64,000 nt of DNA, taken from the NCBI GenBank assembly GCA_951406725.2, contig OX597836.1, positions 49,352,001 through 49,416,000 on the forward strand, in the 5' to 3' direction. A program made the position numbers and the translations under genes. The notes under the pieces were generated by a model that was not told where the DNA came from, did not search any database, and saw only the letters and a list, made by a program, of their open reading frames with translations. Below are positions 54,243-64,000 of this stretch, piece after piece (position 1 is the stretch's first letter; every line of letters begins with the position of its first letter). This DNA is from Octopus vulgaris. Taxonomy: Eukaryota.

Positions 54243-55960
54243 TAGTTTTATTTTTATATCGTGCTTTCACTTCACTACCGAGCGCAGCTCTGTGTGCCTT
54301 GTGTATGTGCTGTGATTTGTTGTGATGCTCTGATGGTTATTGTATGGAAAGTGTTCTGCGTAGGATGTGTGCAGTGCCTAGTAGTGCAATTTTCTGTATG
54401 TAATATGTGTTTGTAAGTCCTGGTGTTTTTGTTATGTATTTGTCTGAATATTTTTTTATCATACCTAATGCACCTACTATGATAGGAATTGTTTCTGTTT
54501 TCAGATTCCACATTCTAGTTACCTCTATTTCCAGGTCTTTGTATTTTGAGAGTTTCTCCATTTCTTTTAGAGACACGTTGTCATCAGCCGGTATTGATAC
54601 TTCAATTAGAAAGAATTTTTTATCTTCATGATCTCTGACAACTATATCTGGTCTGTTGGCCTTAATTTCTCTATCTGTGTGTATCGGCATATCCCAGAGT
54701 ATGGTTGCTTTCTCGTTTTCTGTGACCTTTTCTGGTGTGTGCCTATACCATCTTTTTTCTGTTGTTATTCCATAATGTTGGCATAGCTTCCAATGTATGT
54801 AGGTTCCAACTCTGTCATGTCTGTGAATATATTCCTTCTTAGCCAGGACTGGGCAGCTAGAGATAATATGATTTATTGTTTCTTGTCCATCTCCACATAT
54901 TCTGCAGTTACTTGTAATATTTCTTTTCATTACATGTTTTTGGTAATTTCTGGTGGGGAGGCTTTGGTCTTGTGCTGCAATTAAAAATCCCTCTGTCTCT
55001 GCTTTGAGTCCTGAGCTTCTCAACCATTGCTGGGATTTTTCTTTGTCTATTTCTTTTGCGTTTAGTTTAGTCCAGTATTTACCATGAAGGGGTTTTTCTT
55101 GCCATCGTTTTATCATGGTTCGTTGCTGTTCTATTTTTAGTTTGGATTCATTTGTTTTATAGCTTTTGTTGTTTCTTCATCTTCTTCTTCTTCTTCATGT
55201 TTATTAGGTGGTATGATTTCTTGTTTGTATTTGTCAGCTTCCTTAAATACTGAGAACAGTTTTTTGTTTTGCTCGTGTTTTGCCGCTATCTGGATTAGTT
55301 TTCCTTCCTTCTGAAATAGATATTTTTGCAGTCCTATGGTGGTTATTTTATAGTAGTTTTCCAGCTGTATAAGGCCTCTACCACCTTCTATACGTTGTAT
55401 ATATAGTCTTTCTATGTCAGATTTTGGGTGATGCATCCTAGATCCTGTCATTATTTTTCTTGTTTTCCTATCTATTTTGGTCAGTTCATTTCGTGTCCAG
55501 TTAAGGATATTGTAGCTGTAACTTATAACTGGGACAGCTAAAGTGTTGATACCTATTATCTTGTTTTTAGCATTGAGCTCTGTGTTTAGTATTGATCTAA
55601 CTCGTCTATAATATTCTTTTTTTATTTTCTCTTTCATTTGTGTGTGTTGTGTCTTATCTAGTTCATGGATTCCTAAGTATTTGTAAGTTTGGTTTTGGTC
55701 TAATTCTTTTATTTCATTGGTTTTATCTAGTGTGATGTTGTTACTCTTAACTAGTTTTCCTCTTTTCATGGTTACTTTGGCGCATTTTTCTAATCCAAAT
55801 TTCTAATCTATTTCTTTGGTAAATCCATGAACTGTCTTTAATAGTGTTTCCAGCTGTTTGTCATTTGCAGCGTATAGTTTTAGGTCATCCATATATAAAA
55901 GGTGGCTGATCGTTTTGCCGTAACATTTATATCCGCATCCAGTTCTATTTAGCATATCAG

Positions 55961-55961
<1 letters not shown>
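54240..55961 (-). mobile_element. 5'-truncated R4/Dong LINE (Dong-C) in (TAA)n
   Basis: Perfect (TTA)n on both flanks; RT end, CCHC and REL domains; ~100-bp 3' UTR. Confidence 0.92.
54337..55961 (-). pseudogene. Dong RT (from YMDD) with CCHC finger and restriction-like endonuclease; small frameshifts
   Basis: ISHLLYMDDLKLYA, YKYLGI, RLYIQRIEGGRGL, CRICGDGQETINHIISSC, RHD, RPDIVV, LIEVS, KLSKYKDL. Confidence 0.92.
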
Positions 55962-56032
<71 letters not shown>

Positions 56033-56784
56033 GAGTGAAGGAGCAGTGCATGCCATCAAAGTGACACTAGGGTATAAATATACGAAGCCCAATATACCCA
56101 TCATGACTACCCGTCTGATAAGGGTACACCAGGCACATACATCACAATCATATGTACGCAACACGGTGATCTCATATCACGATAAACAGCACATGACCTT
56201 GCAGGTGGGATCCAGTTAGAATTATCTTCAGGTCGAGAAGCCCATCCTGCTCAAATGGCCCCTGAATCAAATTGGTTTAAAGATGGTGAACGAAACACCC
56301 ATGTTTCCAGAGGTGAATTATTCAAGTCCCAAAGAATTCCTCTCAACACATGGATATGATAATATGCCCCCACTACTTCTGCTCGTGATCAGAGATGCAC
56401 ATATCGTCAGTCACTAAGGGATACGTTCAACTGGTTAAGGTCAAACAACTGACAAACAAATCTGTAGTATTGAGCAGAATATTTGCTGTAACCCATCTTT
56501 TATACCAAGACAAAACAATATACATAACACTTCCAATCAGTTAAGATCGGAAGCTATGAGAGCCACTGTCTGGTACTGCATGGCTTCTGATCTTAACTGA
56601 TTGTAAGTGTTATCATGTATATTGTTTTGTCTTGGTATAAAAGATGGACCTCAGCAAATATTCTGCTCAATACTACAGATTTGCTTGTCAGTTGTTTGAC
56701 CTTAACCAGTTGAGCATGTCCGTTAGTGACTGATGATATGTGTATCTCTGATTTCGAGCAGAAGTAGTGGGGAGCATCATAGCC
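56033..56784 (-). mobile_element. Element A copy 3 (56033-56581) plus an inverted copy of its 5' ~200 bp (56579-56784)
   Basis: After ...ggtactgcat the sequence continues ggcttctgatcttaactgatt..., the reverse complement of the preceding DNA back to ~56355. Confidence 0.88.
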
Positions 56785-56924
<140 letters not shown>

Positions 56925-57345
56925 TAGCTATACTATGATTGAGACACTCTAATTACACGAAGAGATCAGGTGACACAGATAGATATATGGATAAGTTAAT
57001 ATTTATTTACATAATAATAATGTAGGACATAAATTATGAATATATTTCGTTAAAGTGGAAACATAAATTTACATAATTAGAATGAAGCGGAGTGAATGAG
57101 AAGCTTGTAGAAGAGCGATGAATATTTGGGAGAAGAAAAAGTTTCCCACTTCAGCTGTTACTGCTTTCGTTGTTTTGTAAAATGTTCGGTATTTAGTTTG
57201 CCGAGAAGCAAACAAGAGAAACACACCACACGTACACACTCATACACATACATCCAGAGTAATCGTTAATCATTGATTAGTAATTAGCATTAATATTAGT
57301 TTGGGAAACATCTTCAACACTTGATGTAACAAAACAATGCACAGG

Positions 57346-57881
<536 letters not shown>

Positions 57882-58078
57882 CAGACGTGCTGTCACTTCG
57901 GTTCCGAAGGTAATCATTTATTTTGACTATTTATAGCCCATATTTTGTGTACATTTTTGTAAATAAGGTGTGTAAGGCACCCAACTTTCGTTTGAGTGCT
58001 TTTCCAAGGGAGGAATTCGCCCCTAGGGGCAGTTTCAACCCTATTTAATTTGTGTAATTTTCTTCTCGACGTTTAAAA

Positions 58079-59912
58079 ATGTCGAGAAATTTTATTTAGA
58101 ACGCTGGTTGCGTTCTTTTATGGACCAGCATTTTCCTAGTCTGGAAACGCGAGGAGAAAAAAAGAACGTATGCACGCAAAGTGCAAACCTGAATGACGTG
58201 GTAGTGAACGCTGCAACCACTTGCGGTAAGAGCCCTGTCACCACCACCACCACCACCTCCACCACCACCACCACTACCACCACGACCAACATAAATGATA
58301 AAAATGAAACTCACGCGAATACTATTAAGAAAAACAACAACAACAATAAAAATGAACTATCTAATAGTGAAGATGTTAATATAAAAAAAATCAACAACAC
58401 CAGTAAATTTCGCTGACACTGCGTCAGAAGAAGGAAATAGTAACATTTACAAATGAAGAGCTAATAGAAACGAGAACTCTCTTTACAACCCGTGGGCAAG
58501 ATTTAGTGCTGCATACACCTCAACACATAAAGGAACAAATAGAAAATAAGACAATTATATATAAAATTATAAGAAAAAAACAAAAAACAAAATGAACAGA
58601 TTACAAAAACGGATATAGAAAAATGTTTAAAAAGCATAATGAAAAAAGAAAGAATATATAAACTGGGGTCCCCAGTTTAACACAGTGGTGGTCCGCTTCC
58701 CTAACCAGGAAATGGCAAAAGCTCACTCTACCGAGTCTTTGGAAAATGATGATATCAAAATGGTACCTTATTTCAAAGGCAAGAGAGTGAGTAGAATTAC
58801 TATTAAAAATGTACCCCCCCGAGATCCCGAACAAATGGATAACAGGGGCAATCTGTTACCATTTGAAAAAGATCAATATTTTAGAAACAGCCGTGTACCT
58901 AAACGACAATTGGGGTGGAAAAACAATAGTAGTGACCATCCAGATTGAGGGGGCCTCTATCGAGAGCCTACCCGATAGGATCCACCTAGAAAATGGGCAA
59001 AGCCTATATGTTGTGGCAGAAGGCAAGAAGCCTAGATGCTACAACTGTGGCAGCCCAGAGCATTTAATTGCCAAGTGCACTCTGGCACAGAAAAAACAAG
59101 AAAGAACAAATCAGAAAACAAATAAAAAACCCTTGTTGCCAATACCAACACCAACACACTCAATTATGGAACAATGCCAAGAAGAAAAACAACAAACCAG
59201 CAAACAAACCCCAACAACATCACCAAGAAAAGAAACAGTACCAACAAAATCACCGTTGACGACGCAACCAATTTATCATGCTGAACCAAAAGATAGACCC
59301 ACACCAACACCCAGGACGACAATTAAAAAGACAGAAAACAGTGACGAGAAGACAAATTCTACCCCTAACACCATAACAACACAAACACCGCACAAAACAT
59401 CAACAATTTCTATAAGCATACATATTAACACAAATACTTTGCCTTTACCCTCTTCTGATACGTCGGACGACGAAAGTTCGACGGAATGGCAAATAGCCAC
59501 AGGGGGTAAAAGGAAAAGATCAAAAAAGCCCACCAAACAAGGAAGTAAAGCAGGGAGATATTTAACTCCGGACAGCACCCCCCTAGACAATCAAAAAGTC
59601 AATGAACCCGCAAAACCACACACACAACTAACTGCAATAGACACAGACAATAAAAAATTAATGGATTACATTGTATCCAACACGGACATCTGTGAAGATG
59701 ACTTTAAGACAAACAATCATCCGCGCACCACACCACCGAAGCACATAAAAATTGTACACATAACACAAACACAACACCATACACTGAAAACAATATTTCC
59801 AAATGCGGTAGGCGGGTTTCAACGATACCTCTCCAAAAAACTATACAAACACCTCATCAAAGACACTACAAAAGAAGAAGAAAAAAATGAAACTTTCGAA
59901 ATGAGTAAGTGA
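58079..59912 (+). pseudogene. Tx1 ORF1 (gag-like, CCHC knuckle), split by frameshifts
   Basis: SRITIKNVPP/EIPNKW (shift in a C7 run near 58814-58820), CYNCGSPEHLIAKC, T/P/K-rich tail, WQIATGGKRKR. Start position is approximate. Confidence 0.75.
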
Positions 59913-59979
59913 CCTTCCCTCTTGCCTCTTGTCTCTTCCAATGTTTGTGTGTGAAACACAATTTTCGTAAACGTCAATT

Positions 59980-62900
59980 ATGCTTAAATTAGGTTGTGTG
60001 AATGCGCGTGGCTTGGCGTCGGCTTGGAAGCAAGGTTACCTTCTAAACGACATCAAGTCACTGAACGTGGATATAGTAGCTATCAGTGAAACCAGACTCA
60101 GCAAGTCGCGGGCCCTCGCGTCCATGTTTGGCGATCAATTTGACATTTATTTTTCTCCCTGTCTGCCGAACATGGGTGGTGGAGGTACCGTGGTGCTTTT
60201 TCGAAAGAGTCTAAATGTAAAAGTAAGAACAATATTCCTAGATCCGGAGGGTAGGCTGGTTGTCTTGGACGTGGATGGCAGAAATGGGTGTGCATTCCGT
60301 CTGATGGCAGTTTATGCACCGTCCTTAACGGGTCGGGCGGATTTCTTCAGACGTCTAGAGGTTTTCCTGGGTACGTCTAGACCTTTACTGTTAGTAGGGG
60401 ATTGGAACGCTACCTTGGACACGCATCTAGATTATGTGGGAATGGATAGGAATAGAAGGGGGTGTAAGTGCCTCAAAGACCTACTCAGACGTTTCCATTT
60501 GTCTGACAGGTTCCGACTCGACCATCCGAACGTGCCAACGTGGACTTGGACAAACCGCGTCGGATCGTCGAGATCTTATCTAGACAGAATTCTATGCAGG
60601 ACAGCGGATAGGGATAGTGTAGGATGTCCACAATTTAAAATAGTCAGCTACACAGATCACAAATTTGTGACGTGTACGCTCGATTTAGATAAGACACATA
60701 GACAGGGTCCCGGTTACTGGAAACTGAACACGTCGCTCTTAGCGCGACAGGTTTACAGGAACCGGATTAGCGAGTTAATTAAGAGGGCGCTGACGGGAGC
60801 CGTCGTTAACAACCGCTGGTGGTTCGCCCTGAAAATGACAATAAAATCGGAATCAATTAGGTTTAGCAAGGAATTAGCGATAGATCGAAACAGAGTAGAG
60901 GGAGACCTAGTTAAGAAACTAGAAGAGGCACTTACTACTGGCAGCGCAACCAACGCGATGGCTGCGAGGATGGCCCTCGACCAACACCTCAACGCCAAGC
61001 ACGAAGGTTGCGTCGTCAGAGCTAAAATGCGTGCCTTAAGGAACGAAGGGATCGAAGCTGCGCGTGAGGCCCGGGTAGCGGAGGCGCAGCGTGGAAACAG
61101 AGCTACCATTCGGTCTCTAATAGATCAACAGGGATGCAGTTTACTCGAACCTGAAAGGATGCGTGAGGCCTTTCAACAGCACTTTGCTCGATTGTTTGGT
61201 GCGAGTGGTGGGTCGGAACGCGGGATGGATTTCAGTGCCTACCTGACCGACCTGCCGCGGCTCTCGGCAAGAGAAGCGGAGTGTTGTGAAAGTCTCATCA
61301 CAGCCGCTGACGTGCGGGATGCGATGGCGGGCTGCGCGAGGGATAAGTCGCCTGGATTGGATGGTTTACCCTACGAGCTGTATTGTCAAATGCCAGACTT
61401 GTTTGACGACCTCTTGGCATCAGTCTACTGCAACTGGCAACAAAACGGGAGAATTCCCGGTTTCGTGAGCCGAGGTGCAGTGACGTTGCTGAAGAAAGAC
61501 CCAAACAAGGGGAATTTTATAGATAATTTCAGGCCCATCACTCGGCTCAATGCAGATTTGAAAATTTTGGCCAAAGTAATAGCCGAGAGGTTGGCGCTTG
61601 TCATTGGTAAACTGGTCGACAGGGCGCAAACATGCGCCGTGCCGGGCAGAACCATACATGACAACCTCCATCTGATGCGCTACATTGTGGACAGGGTAGT
61701 TAAGGATCCTGGCATGGGTGGGGCGCTGATAAATTTGGATCAGTCTAAAGCATTCGATAGGGTCGACCATCGGTACTTGGCGGCCGTCCTCAGGGCGGCT
61801 GGCTTCGGTCCCGTCTTTCGCGGTTGGATCGCTGCCTTGTATAGCGGCATCCGATCGGTGATTCGGGTGAACGGTCACCTGTCGAAACCGTTTGACATCA
61901 CGCGTTCGGTCCGTCAGGGGTGTCCCCTGTCGGCGCTTCTGTATGTATTGACTCTCGAGCCGCTACTGCGGAAGCTGGCGACACTGAGGGGCATCCCACG
62001 GGAACTGGGTTGCGGGACGAGCGTGTCGGCATATGCGGACGATGTCACCGTCATAGTGTCGAGCAACAAACACATCCAGATGATAGGCGAGACACTAAGA
62101 AAATACGAAACGGTGACGGGAGCGAAGATTAACCCGGAAAAGTCAGTGGGTTTGCTACTCGGCACCTGGAGAAGCAAGCCCATGCCGTCCGACTGCGGCT
62201 CAGTAGTGGGACGCTGGACGGACAGACCGGTTAAATTGCTCGGGGTCTGGTTCAGTCCGGACCTCCAAATGGATAAGAACTGGAACCAGATCACGAGTAG
62301 AGTGGTCGCTCTCAGCCAAACATGGGCCGAGAGAAAGCTGTCTCTAAAAGGCCGGGCGGAGGTGGCGAACGCGTACATCGCATCCGTCATCGATTACCGC
62401 CTGACCGTCGTGCCTTGTCCCGACGCCACCATCACCAAACTAGAACGCATACTCTTCCGCTTCCTGTGGAAGGGTGGCGTTCCGATGGTGAGGAAGTCCA
62501 TTTGCTGTCAACATCCGTTGAATGGAGGACTGGGAATGCCGTGGTTGATGATGCGCAGGCATGCGCTGAGACTGCGGCATCTCTGGAACTTCATCGACGA
62601 CGGTGAACAGGTGTGGGCGCCGTTTGTGAGACGCGCCTTCCCGCAGCTCGTCTCACTGACCAAACTGCAAACGTGGATCAAAAAGAGACCGAAACTGGGC
62701 GATTGGCACCGAGAGTGTCGCCAAACTCTACAGCAGCTCTGCCGACCGGGGTCAAACTTGTGCAACTTACAAACGACTAAAGCGTTCTATAGAGGACTAG
62801 TGGAGGGGAGGTCCGACGACACACTCGGGGCAAACCTGGGCGTCGACGAGAAATTCCTAACCCGCCTGTTCAGGACGACGTTCGGGCCGGGGCCTATGGA

Positions 62901-63411
62901 TAACTTCCAGAAATCCCTGGCTTGGCAGTGCTATCGAGACGCACTACCTGTTCGAGAGAAGAGCTACAGACACGGTTCGAAAACCATCACCAGACCGACC
63001 TGCCCGAGATGCGGCCAGAGCGACGAAACCGTTCTGCACGCACTCGTGCAGTGTCCAGATATTTCAGAGCTGTGGACCTTCGTCGAACAGCTGTTGTCAC
63101 GTGTAGGTCGGGCCCGCCTATCGGCCGAGTCTATCGTGAATATTGTTCCACCACCTTCCTTTAAACGGGAAGGGAAAACGGTTTTCGTTACGCTGATGGC
63201 TATGGCGAAAGAATGTGTGTGGTGGACGCGTTTGAAAGGACTGCAAACAAACACCTTCCTCTCTGGTCAGTCTCTCGTCAACTTTTTCAAGTACCACTTG
63301 AAAATGAGGATGAGAATAGAGAGGAAGGCTTTGTCGAACGAATGTTTCAATAAAAAGTGGGTAAAAGTGGCAAAAATGGTCAGTATGAAAGACGACACTA
63401 ACGAGAAGTAA
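59980..63411 (+). CDS. Tx1/L1 ORF2: AP endonuclease, reverse transcriptase and C-terminal zinc finger, 1143 aa, uninterrupted
   Basis: GCVNARGL, ISETR, VYAP, VGDWN, YLDRIL, TDHK, KSPGLDG, DQSKAFDRVDH, VRQGCPLS, AYADD, GGLG, CPRCGQSDETVLHALVQC. Confidence 0.95.
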   Translation: MLKLGCVNARGLASAWKQGYLLNDIKSLNVDIVAISETRLSKSRALASMFGDQFDIYFSPCLPNMGGGGTVVLFRKSLNVKVRTIFLDPEGRLVVLDVDGRNGCAFRLMAVYAPSLTGRADFFRRLEVFLGTSRPLLLVGDWNATLDTHLDYVGMDRNRRGCKCLKDLLRRFHLSDRFRLDHPNVPTWTWTNRVGSSRSYLDRILCRTADRDSVGCPQFKIVSYTDHKFVTCTLDLDKTHRQGPGYWKLNTSLLARQVYRNRISELIKRALTGAVVNNRWWFALKMTIKSESIRFSKELAIDRNRVEGDLVKKLEEALTTGSATNAMAARMALDQHLNAKHEGCVVRAKMRALRNEGIEAAREARVAEAQRGNRATIRSLIDQQGCSLLEPERMREAFQQHFARLFGASGGSERGMDFSAYLTDLPRLSAREAECCESLITAADVRDAMAGCARDKSPGLDGLPYELYCQMPDLFDDLLASVYCNWQQNGRIPGFVSRGAVTLLKKDPNKGNFIDNFRPITRLNADLKILAKVIAERLALVIGKLVDRAQTCAVPGRTIHDNLHLMRYIVDRVVKDPGMGGALINLDQSKAFDRVDHRYLAAVLRAAGFGPVFRGWIAALYSGIRSVIRVNGHLSKPFDITRSVRQGCPLSALLYVLTLEPLLRKLATLRGIPRELGCGTSVSAYADDVTVIVSSNKHIQMIGETLRKYETVTGAKINPEKSVGLLLGTWRSKPMPSDCGSVVGRWTDRPVKLLGVWFSPDLQMDKNWNQITSRVVALSQTWAERKLSLKGRAEVANAYIASVIDYRLTVVPCPDATITKLERILFRFLWKGGVPMVRKSICCQHPLNGGLGMPWLMMRRHALRLRHLWNFIDDGEQVWAPFVRRAFPQLVSLTKLQTWIKKRPKLGDWHRECRQTLQQLCRPGSNLCNLQTTKAFYRGLVEGRSDDTLGANLGVDEKFLTRLFRTTFGPGPMDNFQKSLAWQCYRDALPVREKSYRHGSKTITRPTCPRCGQSDETVLHALVQCPDISELWTFVEQLLSRVGRARLSAESIVNIVPPPSFKREGKTVFVTLMAMAKECVWWTRLKGLQTNTFLSGQSLVNFFKYHLKMRMRIERKALSNECFNKKWVKVAKMVSMKDDTNEK

Positions 63412-63504
63412 GGCGACTTACTCATGTGTTCTTTTTCGAACTGTCTGAGGTGACCTTGGTCTTTTTTGTAGGTTTTTCTTTCCAAGGCTACACCTAAACT
63501 GTGA

Positions 63505-63535
<31 letters not shown>

Positions 63536-63687
63536 TGCTTTTTTATACACCACACAACCCACAGATCCCTATTGATCAAACGTGTTTTTTTTGTGCCCCA
63601 CCCATCCCACCTCGAAAAGAAAAAATTCTACATTGTATTTGGTCCATTTTTATTGTGTTTAGCCCTGTGTGGCTACAATAAAAAGTT

Positions 63688-63848
<161 letters not shown>

Positions 63849-64000
63849 GTTGAAATTTATAGAGAAACAAAAGACAAAGACAGGTGTATGAACACCAAGC
63901 AGGTGTATTAGTTTGACGCTCAGGAAAGTGAATAAGTGTTTTACGTTTCGAACCTACGATCCTCATGCTGGCACTCCGTCGATTACGACGACGAGGGTTC

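Larger units (their letters stand above)
57882..63687 (+). mobile_element. Near-full-length Tx1/L1-clade LINE inserted in (TATC)n
   Basis: 5' UTR, ORF1 with a zinc knuckle, APE-RT ORF2, 3' UTR with aataaa at 63677; TATC repeats on both sides. Confidence 0.92.

Noticed and set aside
60098-63485. Antisense and alternate-frame ORFs within Tx1 ORF2
   Set aside because: Expected shadows of a GC-rich coding region.
63935-63970. Hammerhead-like cgaaacgtaa on the minus strand at the window end
   Set aside because: The CUGANGA half is absent; the fragment is interrupted by another sequence.

Overview
AT-rich, microsatellite-dense eukaryotic DNA. The repeat families and the abundance of (TA)n, (TACA)n, (TTA)n and (TATC)n look like a cephalopod (octopus-type) genome; this is inferred from repeat content only. 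I find no host protein-coding exon I can support, and most six-frame ORFs are translated microsatellites. The real coding content is transposon-derived: a near-full-length Tx1/L1-clade LINE with an open 1143-aa APE-RT ORF2 inside a (TATC)n tract (57882-63687), a near-full-length but inactivated RTE LINE (37173-41388), R4/Dong (RT+REL) fragments, CR1 3' fragments, a dead mariner with TIRs, Helitron and Penelope remnants, and many SINEs. The most interesting structure is a (TTA/TAA)n-centred retroelement assemblage. Dong LINEs and a ~560-bp ORF-less element ('element A') stack in one polarity in TAA tracts that follow SINE tails. Their 5' junctions show reiterated copies of the template end (53944-54180), a 200-bp fold-back (56355-56784) and a ~480-bp duplication with a 20-nt captured patch. 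An apparent CpG-depletion boundary near 33-34 kb, next to octamer and CRE motifs, hints at a gene-body/promoter edge.
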